A stretch of 59,154 nt of DNA from an uncultured Actinomycetes bacterium (GTDB taxonomy: Bacteria; Actinomycetota; Actinomycetes; S36-B12): positions 1 to 59,154 of the forward strand of contig CAJBZP010000087.1 of NCBI GenBank assembly GCA_903960135.1, given 5' to 3'. Positions 1 through 9,767 of this stretch are shown piece by piece (positions within the stretch are counted from its first letter, which is position 1; each line of letters opens with the position of its first letter). Both the position numbers and the translations under genes were made by a program. A model generated the notes under the pieces. The model had not been told where the DNA came from, did no database searches, and saw only the letters and a list, made by a program, of their open reading frames with translations.

Positions 1-940
1 CCCATTCACTCTTATCGAAGGTATGACTATCGCTGGCATTGCCGGTGGTGCTACCAAAGGGCTGATCTACATCAGATCCGAATACCCAGATGCAATCACC
101 ACGATGAAGGCCGCCTTACTGAGCGCGCGTGAATACGGTCTGCTCGGCACCGACGTACTTAGTAGCGGTAAGACCTTTGATATTTCAGTACGAGTCGGTG
201 CGGGCTCCTATGTCTGCGGTGAAGAAACCGCAATGCTCGAAAGCCTTGAGGGCAAACGCGGAATGGTGCGCGCCAAGCCGCCGATCCCAGCCTTGCACGG
301 GCTTTTCGGTGCGCCCACCATCGTCAACAATGTGTTGACCTTGGGCACCGTGCCGATGATCTTGGCCCAAGGCGCCGCCGCCTATCAAGCCCTTGGCGCT
401 GACCGCTCTCGAGGCACCCAGGTGTTCCAACTCGCCGGCAATATCGCTCGGGGTGGGATCGTCGAGCGAGCATTCGGGATCAGCCTCCAGGAGCTGGTTG
501 AGTCGTACGGCGGCGGCACCCGCTCTGGGCGACCGGTGCGATCGGTTCAGGTGGGCGGTCCACTAGGTGCCTACTTCCCGGCGGGTGCCCTCGATGTCGC
601 GATGGATTATGAAGCCCTCATCGCCGCCGGCGGCATGCTTGGGCACGGCGGGATCGTGGTCTTCGACGACAGTGTTGATATGGCCCAGCAAGCAAGATTC
701 GCCATGGAGTTCTGCGCGAAGGAGTCATGCGGCAAGTGCACGCCGTGTCGCGTGGGATCGGTGCGCGGAACAGAAGTAATCGACAAGATCGTCAACAATA
801 TCGATCGGACCGAGAATCTCGAACTACTCAACGATTTGTGCGACCTGATGACCGATGGTTCACTATGTGCTATGGGCGGCTTGACCCCGATGCCGGTACT
901 AAGTGCGCTTCGCCAATTCCCGGAGGATTTCCAGCGATGA
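1..940 (+). CDS. fdsB: NAD-dependent formate dehydrogenase beta subunit (NuoF-like), 5'-truncated by window edge
   Basis: The frame is open from position 2 (PFTLIEGMTIAG). It has the NuoF motifs GAGSYVCGEETA and ESCGKCTPCR...C. Its TGA overlaps the fdsA ATG (ATGA 937-940). Confidence 0.9.
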   Translation, partial: PFTLIEGMTIAGIAGGATKGLIYIRSEYPDAITTMKAALLSAREYGLLGTDVLSSGKTFDISVRVGAGSYVCGEETAMLESLEGKRGMVRAKPPIPALHGLFGAPTIVNNVLTLGTVPMILAQGAAAYQALGADRSRGTQVFQLAGNIARGGIVERAFGISLQELVESYGGGTRSGRPVRSVQVGGPLGAYFPAGALDVAMDYEALIAAGGMLGHGGIVVFDDSVDMAQQARFAMEFCAKESCGKCTPCRVGSVRGTEVIDKIVNNIDRTENLELLNDLCDLMTDGSLCAMGGLTPMPVLSALRQFPEDFQR

Positions 941-3900
941 CCATTATGCGCGAGCACGACTACGGTACCCCGGCCAAAGTGGGGAGCGAAACAATCACCG
1001 TCAGCGTCGATGGCCATGATGTTTGTGTACCCGCGGGCACCTCGGTTCTACGCGCGGCCAGTGAAGCAGGGATCCCGATACCAAAGCTCTGCGCAACCGA
1101 CTCGCTCGAGCCATTTGGGTCATGCCGCCTTTGCCTTGTCGAGATCGATGGCAAGAAAGGCACCCCGGCCTCCTGCACCACCCCGTGTGAGCCCGGCATG
1201 GTGGTGCACACCACTTCACCCAAACTCGATCGGCTGCGGCGGGGGGTGATGGAGCTGTACATCTCCGACCATCCACTCGACTGCCTTACTTGCCCGGCAA
1301 ATGGTGACTGCGAACTACAAGATATGGCCGGGGTGGTCGGGCTGCGCGAAGTTCGTTACGGGTATGCCGGTGAGAACCACCTTGATGCGCCAACCGACGA
1401 CAGCAATCCGTACTTCTCCTTCGACGAGAGCAAGTGCATTGTCTGCAGCCGATGCGTGCGGGCGTGCAGTGAAGTCCAAGGCACCTTCGCGCTGACCATT
1501 GAGGGGCGCGGATTCAACTCCAAAGTCAGCCCGGGTGGCCTTAGCTTCCTAGATAGTGAGTGTGTCTCCTGTGGTGCCTGCGTGCAGGCCTGCCCGACAT
1601 CAACCCTGCAAGAAAAAGCGGTGATCGAGCTCGGCACTCCCACCCGCACCGTGCTGACCACCTGCGCTTACTGCGGTGTTGGGTGCACGTTCAAAGCCGA
1701 GATGCGCGGTGACGAATTAGTTCGCATGGTGCCCTATAAGGATGGGGGTGCCAACGAAGGTCACTCCTGCGTCAAGGGTCGCTTCGCCTTCGGCTACACC
1801 ACGCACCCCGATCGAATTCTCAAGCCAATGATTAGAGAAGCCATCACCGACCCTTGGCGCGAAGTCCCATGGGAGGAGGCGATTGGCTACGCAGCCAAGC
1901 GGCTCATCGAGATTCAGAGCGAATCCGGTGTCGACAGCATCGGTGGTATCACCTCATCTAGGTGCACCAACGAGGATGTGTTTGTAGTCCAAAAGCTCGT
2001 GCGAGCAGGTTTCGGAAACAACAATGTGGATACCTGCGCTCGGGTCTGCCACTCACCTACTGGATACGGGCTTAGCAAGACCTTTGGCACCTCGGCCGGA
2101 ACACAGGACTTTAAGTCAGTTGAGAAATCCGACGTGATCTTGGTAATTGGTGCCAACCCGACCGAAGCGCATCCGGTATTTGGGTCCCGGATGAAGCGCC
2201 GCCTGCGCGCCGGTGCGAAACTGATTGTCATTGATCCGCGCCGCACCGATTTGGTTCGTTCACCACATATCGAGGCCGACTACCACCTCCAGTTGCAGCC
2301 GGGCACCAACGTTGCGGTCATCAATGCGCTCGCTCATGTCATCTTGACCGAGGGACTCCATGACAAAGCATTCGTGGCTGCGCGCTGTGATGACGAATCT
2401 TTCCAGGCGTGGGAGGAGTTCATTAGGCTCCCCAGCAACAGCCCGGAAGCAGTGGCCACCGAATCCGGGGTGCCGGCTGAAGATCTTAGAAGTGCGGCCC
2501 GCCTCTACGCCGCTGGCCCGAACTCCGCCATCTACTACGGCCTCGGGGTCACCGAGCACAGCCAAGGCTCAACCATGGTCATCGGTATGGCCAATTTGGC
2601 CATGCTCACCGGAAGTATTGGTCGCGAGGGAGTTGGGGTTAACCCACTGCGTGGGCAGAACAATGTGCAGGGCTCGTGTGACATGGGCTCCTTCCCCCAC
2701 GAGTACTCCGGCTACCGGCATGTATCGGATGATGCGGTGCGTCAGCAATTCGAGTCACTTTGGGGCCGCGAGTTGCAATCAGCACCCGGGCTGCGCATAC
2801 CTAACATGCTTGATGCGGCGGTGGTCGGAAGTTTCCGTGGCATTTACATCCAAGGCGAGGACATCGCTCAGTCTGATCCAAACACCACGCATGTGACGAA
2901 TGCGCTGGCCGCAATGGACTTAGTCATCGTGCAGGATCTGTTCCTAAACGAAACGTCGGCCTACGCTCATGTCTTCTTACCCGGAACTTCATTCTTAGAA
3001 AAGGACGGCACTTTCACCAACGCCGAACGCCGCATAAATCGAGTGCGCCCAATCATGGCTAGTCGAACAGGTAAGTCCGAATGGGAAGTAACCTGTGACC
3101 TGGCAAAAGCCCTCGGCTACCCAATGCACTACGACGATGCCTCGCAAATTATGGATGAAATCGCACAGGTCACCCCAACTTTCGCCGGTGTCTCCTTCAA
3201 GAAGCTCGATGAGCTGGGCAGTATCCAATGGCCATGCAACAGCGCGCATCCAGAGGGCACGCCGACTATGCATATCGGTGAGTTCACCCGAGGTGAAGGC
3301 CGTTTCATTGAAACCCCCTACGTACCAACCCCTGAGCGGTCAACTCGGCGCTACCCGCTGCTCCTCACCACCGGTCGTGCAGTCAGCCAGTACAACGTGG
3401 GGGCGCAAACAAGGCGGACCGCAAATGTGATCTGGCAATCTGAGGATGTCCTGGATATTCATGAAGCCGATGCACAGCTGCGTGGGGTTGCTGATGGCTC
3501 CTGGGTTGAGCTTGCCAGCCGCGTTGGCAAGACGAGGATGCGAGCACGCATCTCCGAGCGCGTGCCCCCCGGCGTCGTTTACACGACCTTTCACTTCCCG
3601 GTGAGCGGTGCCAATGTCGTGACCACCGAGTACTCGGACTGGGCGACCAACTGCCCGGAATACAAAGTCACCGCCGTCGAGGTGCGGCCTACCCTTCAGG
3701 CCGGCGGGGCGGCATCGGCCCAAGATCTAGGCCTCGAAGAGGTCCGCGTTGAGGTGCACGAGGATGCCACCGCAACTTTGGTACGTATGGCAAATGAGAT
3801 CACCTCAAATTGCAGCCACCTGCACCAACTTGCCGCCATCGAAGCCGTGGCCACCCATCTGCGGATGTATTGGACCCCGCAGATGATCGCTGACCTAACC

Positions 3901-3984
3901 GCCCATGCGGTGGCCCACCCCGAAGACCTGCAGGATGTGGCATTGGTCGCACTCGGGGAACTACCCGCAGCCATGGCCACCTGA
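937..3984 (+). CDS. fdsA: Mo-bisPGD formate dehydrogenase alpha subunit with C-terminal FdsD-like domain
   Basis: N-terminal 2Fe-2S Cys pattern, HPLDCLTC, two ferredoxin motifs, CAYCGVGC, active site NNVDTCARVCH and RGQNNVQG. The tail LVRMANEI...HLRMYWTPQM resembles FdsD. The true start is ATG 937, not 727. Confidence 0.92.
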   Translation: MTIMREHDYGTPAKVGSETITVSVDGHDVCVPAGTSVLRAASEAGIPIPKLCATDSLEPFGSCRLCLVEIDGKKGTPASCTTPCEPGMVVHTTSPKLDRLRRGVMELYISDHPLDCLTCPANGDCELQDMAGVVGLREVRYGYAGENHLDAPTDDSNPYFSFDESKCIVCSRCVRACSEVQGTFALTIEGRGFNSKVSPGGLSFLDSECVSCGACVQACPTSTLQEKAVIELGTPTRTVLTTCAYCGVGCTFKAEMRGDELVRMVPYKDGGANEGHSCVKGRFAFGYTTHPDRILKPMIREAITDPWREVPWEEAIGYAAKRLIEIQSESGVDSIGGITSSRCTNEDVFVVQKLVRAGFGNNNVDTCARVCHSPTGYGLSKTFGTSAGTQDFKSVEKSDVILVIGANPTEAHPVFGSRMKRRLRAGAKLIVIDPRRTDLVRSPHIEADYHLQLQPGTNVAVINALAHVILTEGLHDKAFVAARCDDESFQAWEEFIRLPSNSPEAVATESGVPAEDLRSAARLYAAGPNSAIYYGLGVTEHSQGSTMVIGMANLAMLTGSIGREGVGVNPLRGQNNVQGSCDMGSFPHEYSGYRHVSDDAVRQQFESLWGRELQSAPGLRIPNMLDAAVVGSFRGIYIQGEDIAQSDPNTTHVTNALAAMDLVIVQDLFLNETSAYAHVFLPGTSFLEKDGTFTNAERRINRVRPIMASRTGKSEWEVTCDLAKALGYPMHYDDASQIMDEIAQVTPTFAGVSFKKLDELGSIQWPCNSAHPEGTPTMHIGEFTRGEGRFIETPYVPTPERSTRRYPLLLTTGRAVSQYNVGAQTRRTANVIWQSEDVLDIHEADAQLRGVADGSWVELASRVGKTRMRARISERVPPGVVYTTFHFPVSGANVVTTEYSDWATNCPEYKVTAVEVRPTLQAGGAASAQDLGLEEVRVEVHEDATATLVRMANEITSNCSHLHQLAAIEAVATHLRMYWTPQMIADLTAHAVAHPEDLQDVALVALGELPAAMAT

Positions 3985-4055
3985 TTCGACTACGCTCAGG
4001 CTCTAGCATCGCTTTGGCAGCATCTTGAGTTGATTCACGTCTGCATGGAGGTACC

Positions 4056-6263
4056 GTGCTTCTTCGCGCCGTAATCGGGGTGCTTCTCACCGTAATTTTG
4101 CTTGGCCTCGCGGCGAAGCGTGGGCTCTTTCTCTTCACCTTGGTGCGCACCGGCAATCCAGCCGTTGGCCGCACCCAGAACGCACCTAAGCGAGTCGAGG
4201 CCGAGGCCACCGAGGTACTGGGGCAGCGCAAATTACTTAAGTGGGCGGTGCCTGGTATCGCGCACGTTTTCGCCTTCTGGGGCTTCTTGGTCCTTGGCCT
4301 GACGATATTGGAGGCCTACGGCGCCCTGTTCATCGCGGACTTTGGGATTCCCGTTGTCGGGCGTTGGGCGATCATTGGCTTCCTTGAGGATCTCTTTGGC
4401 GTACTTGTTCTAATCGGCATCGGCTTATTCGCGATCATTCGACTTACCAACAACCCCGCCAAGGAAGGTCGTTCATCACGGTTCTTCGGCAGCCATACCA
4501 AGGGCGCTTGGCTCATTTTATTCATGATCTTCAACGTGGTCTGGACCTTGTTCCTCTACCGAGGCGCGCAAGCGGCACTTGGCAACCTCCCGTTTGAAAG
4601 TGGGGCCTTCTTCTCCGACTGGATCGGCACCTGGTTCTCGGGATTGAGCGAGGAGACCCTGGTCATCATCGAGACCGTTGGCATCTGGTTGCAAATCGGT
4701 GTCGTGCTCGTCTTCTTGCTGATCGTGCTGTACTCCAAGCACCTGCATATCGCGACGGCACCGGTGAACGTCTACACCTCGCGCCGCCCCGATGCCCTCG
4801 GCCCATTGCTGCCTATCTACTACCAAGGTGCGCCGGTCAATTTCGAGGATCCGCCCGATGATGCGCTGTTTGGCAAAGGCCACATCTCAGACTTCACTTG
4901 GAAGAACTACATCGACTTCATGGCCTGCACCGAATGTGGTCGGTGCCAGTCACAGTGTCCGGCTTGGAATACCGGCAAGCCGCTCAGCCCCAAACTCCTG
5001 ATCATGGATTTGCGCGAGAACCTCTTCGCATCGGCTCCTTATCTCGAGGCCGGGCGCCTGTTCAGTAAATATCAGGGGAAGGTGGCCGAGCCGGGTGAGT
5101 TGCTGCCCGAAGCCCTCGCCTATGTATCACCCGAGGTTCAAGGGGAAGTGCAGCGGCCGTTTATTGGCTCGCGCGAAGGCAGCGAGCACTCCGGTGATGA
5201 TGGCTACACCTTCGACGGCCACCGCACCACCGGCCTTGACCTGCCAATAATCGACGAGGCCGCGCTTTGGAGTTGCACGATGTGCGGGGCCTGCGTCAAT
5301 CAGTGCCCGGTCGATATTGAGCATATTGACCATATCGCCGACATGCGTCGCAATCAGGTCATGATCGCAACTGAGTTTCCAAGCGAGCTCAACGGGATGT
5401 TCAAGAACATCGAGGCCAAGGGTAACCCGTGGGGCATGAATGCCGCTGATCGAAACGGCTGGATCACCGAGGTTGACTTCGAGGTCAATATCTTCGGGGG
5501 CAATGGCGAGGATGTCATCCCCGAGGACGTCGACTACCTATTTTGGGTTGGCTGCGCGGGCGCCTTCGAAGATCGAGCCAAGCGCACCACCAAAGCGGTT
5601 GCAGAGTTGCTGCATATCGCTGGGGTGAACTTCATGGTGCTAGGTGAAGGCGAAACTTGCACCGGTGATCCGGCACGCCGAGCAGGTAATGAATTCCTCT
5701 TCCAGATGCAGGGCATGCAAAATGTCGAGGTACTAAACGAGATCAAGGCGAAGAAAATCGTCGTTACCTGCCCCCACTGCTTAAACACCCTCAAGCGCGA
5801 GTATCCGCAACTTGGTGGCAACTACGAAGTAGTTCACCACACGCAGTTGCTCAATGATCTGGTCAAGGCCGGTCGCTTGACACCCGTCAGCAAGATCGAA
5901 GAGAAAGTCACCTACCACGATCCGTGCTATCTGGGTCGTCATAACAAGGTATATGTGCCACCGCGCGACCTAATTGATGCCACCGGCGTTGACAGAGTCG
6001 AGATGGAACGCCATGGCGATAAGTCCTTCTGCTGCGGCGCCGGTGGTGCCCGCATGTGGATGGAAGAAAAGATCGGTACCAAGGTGAACATGAATCGCGG
6101 TGATGAGGCCATCGCGACCGGGGCCGCCAAGATTGCCGTTGCCTGTCCGTTCTGTTCGGTGATGCTCAATGACGCAGTGACCACCCGGCAGCAAGAAGGT
6201 GGCGCTCTTGGCGTGGAGGTTGTCGACGTTGCGACGCTGCTGCTGTCAGCAAGCAAGGGCTAG
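4056..6263 (+). CDS. Membrane Fe-S oxidoreductase, FadF/heterodisulfide reductase D-like
   Basis: N-terminal TM helices, CTECGRCQSQCP and CTMCGACVNQCP, two CCG-type domains (YHDPCYLGR, CCGAGG). RBS GGAGGT. Confidence 0.88.
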   Translation: MLLRAVIGVLLTVILLGLAAKRGLFLFTLVRTGNPAVGRTQNAPKRVEAEATEVLGQRKLLKWAVPGIAHVFAFWGFLVLGLTILEAYGALFIADFGIPVVGRWAIIGFLEDLFGVLVLIGIGLFAIIRLTNNPAKEGRSSRFFGSHTKGAWLILFMIFNVVWTLFLYRGAQAALGNLPFESGAFFSDWIGTWFSGLSEETLVIIETVGIWLQIGVVLVFLLIVLYSKHLHIATAPVNVYTSRRPDALGPLLPIYYQGAPVNFEDPPDDALFGKGHISDFTWKNYIDFMACTECGRCQSQCPAWNTGKPLSPKLLIMDLRENLFASAPYLEAGRLFSKYQGKVAEPGELLPEALAYVSPEVQGEVQRPFIGSREGSEHSGDDGYTFDGHRTTGLDLPIIDEAALWSCTMCGACVNQCPVDIEHIDHIADMRRNQVMIATEFPSELNGMFKNIEAKGNPWGMNAADRNGWITEVDFEVNIFGGNGEDVIPEDVDYLFWVGCAGAFEDRAKRTTKAVAELLHIAGVNFMVLGEGETCTGDPARRAGNEFLFQMQGMQNVEVLNEIKAKKIVVTCPHCLNTLKREYPQLGGNYEVVHHTQLLNDLVKAGRLTPVSKIEEKVTYHDPCYLGRHNKVYVPPRDLIDATGVDRVEMERHGDKSFCCGAGGARMWMEEKIGTKVNMNRGDEAIATGAAKIAVACPFCSVMLNDAVTTRQQEGGALGVEVVDVATLLLSASKG

Positions 6264-6269
6264 CTGCAA

Positions 6270-6608
6270 CTATCCAGCTTTAACCCGGGCTTCGAAATCC
6301 GCTTCAACTGACGTCTCGACGTGATCCTCGTGCGGCACTAAGCGCAAGTCGACATCTAATGCCACTAATAGCCGGGTTAGTGTCGCGGTGGTAGGTGAGG
6401 TTAATCCGCTTTCAATTCGACTTATTTCGCACTGGGTGACCCCGGAAATTCGAGTCAGGGCCGCCTGAGTCAGGTGGCGTGCCTTTCGCGCATGGGCCAA
6501 TTCCGCGCACAGGCCCAGGGCTTTCGCGCGCGCGCGGTGATCAAGTAGCTCAGCAGGTGACATGCCGTCCTCAACTTCAGCTACGAAACTTCGCCAACTA
6601 GGTGCCAT
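6270..6608 (-). CDS. XRE-family HTH antitoxin (HigA-like)
   Basis: HTH ARKARHLTQAAL...VTQCEISRIESG. Lies downstream of a RelE-like toxin. RBS GGGAGG. Confidence 0.8.
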   Translation of the reverse strand: MAPSWRSFVAEVEDGMSPAELLDHRARAKALGLCAELAHARKARHLTQAALTRISGVTQCEISRIESGLTSPTTATLTRLLVALDVDLRLVPHEDHVETSVEADFEARVKAG

Positions 6609-6620
6609 AACCCCTCCCTG

Positions 6621-6639
6621 ATTATACAGAAATCTATAT
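6621..6639 (-). promoter_or_regulatory. Internal antitoxin promoter (-10 TATAAT) overlapped by an imperfect palindrome
   Basis: Minus-strand TATAAT at 6626-6621. ATACAGA-AA-TCTATAT at 6624-6639 has one mismatch. Confidence 0.5.
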
Positions 6640-6643
6640 ATTA

Positions 6644-7027
6644 TCAGATGTTTCTTTGTTGTCCAAATTCCCGAAGCCGACCCCGTGCGGTCACGATTTC
6701 GCGTTGTTGGCGTCGCTTACTTGGGTCGCGCCCTTTGTCATAGCCACCCAATATGAGAACCTGCCGACTCCCATGAAAATGCACGAAGACCCGCAAGCGA
6801 GCCTCCTGCCCAACGCCCGAAAGTCGCCCACGAATTCGTAACTCAACGAGTCCACTTCCCAATGACTTGAGCAATGGCGTCTCCAATAACATCGGGCCTC
6901 TCACCTCAACGGTTTCTGCGACGAAACTAGCAACCAATTCACGTTTTGCAGGCGATAGTTCGTTCAGCCATCTGCCCACAGGGACACGCCCATACTCATC
7001 AACATAGAAGGAGATTGTTCAGGTCAC
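6644..7027 (-). pseudogene. RelE/HigB (Gp49-like) toxin with in-frame TGA at codon 3
   Basis: Reads GTG ACC TGA ACA ATC TCC TTC TAT = MT*TISFYVDEYGRVPVGRWL, then LKSLGSGLVELRI...RVFVHF...ILGGYDK. TGA at 7021-7019. Confidence 0.72.
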
Positions 7028-7094
7028 GCGTTAAGAATCAGCGAGCCTTCACCAACTCACCAGCACCAATGTTCGGGCTGTGGATGGCTAGTCG

Positions 7095-7670
7095 CTAAAC
7101 GTCAGTGCGGTGGAACTTCGCAAATGACCGACTAGCTGTCGGCCCGCGCTGGCCTTGATACCGCGAGCCATATTTCTCGGAGCCGTACGGGTGCTCCGCC
7201 GGGCTAGAGAGTCGGAACAAGCACAGCTGGCCGATCTTCATGCCGGGATACAACATGATCGGCAAGGTCGCGACATTGGAAAGTTCAAGGGTGACATGGC
7301 CGGAGAACCCTGGGTCAATGAACCCAGCCGTGGAATGGGTCAGCAGACCGAGGCGGCCAAGTGACGACTTGCCTTCTAGCCGCCCGGCGATGTCATCCGG
7401 CAATGTCACAACCTCGTAGGTTGACCCAAGGACGAACTCACCGGGGTGCAAGATGAATGGATCATTACCTTCGGGCTCAATCAATCGTGTTAGCTCTGGT
7501 TGCTCGATGCTGGGATCAATATGCGGGTAGCGATGATTCTCAAAAACCCGGAAGAGGCGATCAAGGCGCACGTCGATACTGGATGGCTGAATCATTCCCG
7601 GATCAAAGGGCTCGATGGCCACGCGAGCGGCGGCTATCTCAGCCTTGATATCCCGATCCGAAAGAAGCAC
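7095..7670 (-). CDS. dcd: dCTP deaminase
   Basis: [38 protein letters not shown]. Confidence 0.96.
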   Translation of the reverse strand: MLLSDRDIKAEIAAARVAIEPFDPGMIQPSSIDVRLDRLFRVFENHRYPHIDPSIEQPELTRLIEPEGNDPFILHPGEFVLGSTYEVVTLPDDIAGRLEGKSSLGRLGLLTHSTAGFIDPGFSGHVTLELSNVATLPIMLYPGMKIGQLCLFRLSSPAEHPYGSEKYGSRYQGQRGPTASRSFAKFHRTDV

Positions 7671-7712
7671 CCGCGAAGGGTACCAACACCTGGCACTACC
7701 TGGTGAGTTGAT

Positions 7713-8105
7713 CTAGCTGTCGAATGCCGATAGGTCATCTGGGGCGTCGGCGGCGCAGGCCTCAAGGGCGGCCAGCGGCACAATTGACAGCGCCTGCTCA
7801 TTGGTTGCCCGTAGTAACACCGGCGACGAAACACCGGCTTCGTAGGACTGCAGCCACCGCCCCGCGCATACCGCCCACCGATCCCCGGCGGTAAGGCCCG
7901 GGAAGCCGTACTGGGGCACCGGGGTGCTGAGGTCATTACCTATTGCCTGTTGATGCTCGAGAAACTCAGTGGTAACCACCACGCAGACGGTATGTGAGCC
8001 AAGATCATCGGGCCCCGTGTTGCAAAAGCCATCACGGTAGAACCCGGTTAACGGCTCAAGACTGCAAATCTCTAGATCGGACCCAAGCACATTGTGTTGC
8101 CCCAT
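7713..8105 (-). CDS. DUF2237 family protein
   Basis: NVLG..L..CS..PLTGFYRDGFC, HTVC, FPGL.AGDRW.VCA.RW. Confidence 0.85.
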   Translation of the reverse strand: MGQHNVLGSDLEICSLEPLTGFYRDGFCNTGPDDLGSHTVCVVVTTEFLEHQQAIGNDLSTPVPQYGFPGLTAGDRWAVCAGRWLQSYEAGVSSPVLLRATNEQALSIVPLAALEACAADAPDDLSAFDS

Positions 8106-8130
8106 GACTGAAAACTACCGCGTTAAGCGA

Positions 8131-8865
8131 TTATTCGCTGACGATTTCGGCGGGGACACCGAGCATCACATCAGGCCTCGGCAAGTTCACCAGGTAAATC
8201 GTAGCAAGGACCATGAGCACTAAGCCAAGGCCGATCAACCCATACCGCAGGGAAACCATCGTGAAAGTGCTACCAATCCCGACGAGGAACAAGACGCCGG
8301 CTAGCAGCACCGTGAGTCGAATGTATTTATCGGACATGATCCCCAGTTCTACCCCTTCGAGATGACTTGCCTCCGCCTTTGCCTTCAAGACATTGCTCTC
8401 ATCAATTAGCGGTCGCGTGTACTCCGCCATGTCGAATGGGGTCGCAGGTGCATCGAAATTTGTCTCGGGATTGGTTGCCAGCCACGCCCTAAAGGCGATT
8501 TCTAGATCGGGTTGAAATCGCTGCTCCGCGAACGCGATTGCGCTCGAGTCACCTGACGTCTTCGCCTGCAACCAGGCAAAGAAAGCGGACTCGTCGAAAT
8601 TCTGTTCTTCATTGGATTCAATTGCCTTGGCGGCCGCATCGGTATCGGCAATCGACGATTCCGCAAAGGCCACTCGGGATTCAGTTCCATAGGCAGCAGC
8701 CGCGAACCCCGACCACGCCGCCATCACTGTCACAATGGCCAGCAGAACTGCTTCCGCAATCTGCACGATGCGCCAGTGCCCGGCCGGCTGCCCGTGCGCA
8801 TTGGTGTGCTGTTGGTGCCGGTGGGCCTCGTGTGCCACCTCAACCGGCGACAGTGACTCTCCCAT
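8131..8865 (-). CDS. Hypothetical membrane protein (DUF4337-like topology)
   Basis: One N-terminal TM helix, a helical extracytoplasmic segment and two C-terminal TM helices. Start at ATG 8865 is inferred. Confidence 0.6.
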   Translation of the reverse strand: MGESLSPVEVAHEAHRHQQHTNAHGQPAGHWRIVQIAEAVLLAIVTVMAAWSGFAAAAYGTESRVAFAESSIADTDAAAKAIESNEEQNFDESAFFAWLQAKTSGDSSAIAFAEQRFQPDLEIAFRAWLATNPETNFDAPATPFDMAEYTRPLIDESNVLKAKAEASHLEGVELGIMSDKYIRLTVLLAGVLFLVGIGSTFTMVSLRYGLIGLGLVLMVLATIYLVNLPRPDVMLGVPAEIVSE

Positions 8866-8933
8866 TGCTACCCCAGCCCTTAGTGATTCCGATGCTGCAC
8901 GACCAAGTTGCCTTGCCAATTATGCTACCGACT

Positions 8934-9635
8934 ATGTCGACCAGTGAGTCCGCCATCAATCCGGCCGAGGAGGCGCCCGCGCCCGGGCCCGCGGATCGCC
9001 TGCGCGAGCGGCTTACCCACGGCCGCGGCCGCTACTCGGTAATCGCCGGCACCTTGACTATCTGGGTGATGGACACATTGCTATCGCGGCGCTTGGAGAT
9101 GAGCGGAGCCGTAACCGGATCAACGGCCGATGTTGTTCGCACCTTGGAGACCGCGAGCACCGTTTTGTTCGTCTTTACATCCATCGGAATAATCGTCGCC
9201 CTGCTGAAACCTTATCCCCGAGCCCTTTTCCCAATAGCCGCTATCTATTTAACGTTCTCGGTTGTTCAAGTCATCGCGAACGTCATCTCGATGTTGAGTA
9301 CCGCCCATTCAACCTCGGGAGTCGGGCTGGGCAGCCTTTGGGATGTTGGCGCGGTTTACGCGATGAGTGTCACCGTGTTCATGTTCGTCTACCTACTTCT
9401 AGATTTAGCCACCCCCGGCGGCGCATTTGTCTGGCCAGCCCGTGACGGCCAACCCCCGCCCACACCTAACCTTTTCGACTACCTATTCATCTCACTCAAC
9501 GTGAACTCAACCTACGGGCCGACCTCAGAAGCGGTCATGTCACGCCCCACCAAGCTCATCATGGCAATGCAGGTACTACTCGCCATCTTGATGCTCACCG
9601 TGCTTATCTCCCGGGCCGTCGCAGCGACCTCTTAG
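8934..9635 (+). CDS. DUF1345-like membrane protein
   Basis: Several TM helices and FDYLFISLNVNSTYGPT...MSRPTKLIMAMQ. TATGCT lies 7 nt before ATG 8934. Confidence 0.65.
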   Translation: MSTSESAINPAEEAPAPGPADRLRERLTHGRGRYSVIAGTLTIWVMDTLLSRRLEMSGAVTGSTADVVRTLETASTVLFVFTSIGIIVALLKPYPRALFPIAAIYLTFSVVQVIANVISMLSTAHSTSGVGLGSLWDVGAVYAMSVTVFMFVYLLLDLATPGGAFVWPARDGQPPPTPNLFDYLFISLNVNSTYGPTSEAVMSRPTKLIMAMQVLLAILMLTVLISRAVAATS

Positions 9636-9679
9636 TCACTTGGAGCCGCGCCGGCCTGGCAGGTACGCTGGTGGCCTTC

Positions 9680-9750
9680 GCGGGCGTAGCTCAGTGGTAG
9701 AGCGCTAGCTTCCCAAGCTAGATATGCGGGTTCGATTCCCGTCGCCCGCT
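9680..9750 (+). tRNA. tRNA-Gly(CCC), CCA not encoded
   Basis: Acceptor stem GCGGGCG/CGCCCGC, D arm GCTC-AGTGGTA-GAGC, anticodon arm CTAGC-TTCCCAA-GCTAG, T arm GCGGG-TTCGATT-CCCGT. Confidence 0.97.
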
Positions 9751-9767
9751 CAGAATGGGCGTGTGCT

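Noticed and set aside
727-936. N-terminal extension of the 1085-aa fdsA ORF
   Set aside because: It overlaps the fdsB coding region in another frame. The ATGA coupling at 937 gives a normal FdsA start.
8538-8933. 132-aa extension of the 365-aa ORF
   Set aside because: It is antisense to the 8131-8865 gene with non-protein-like composition. A leaderless start at 8934 fits better.
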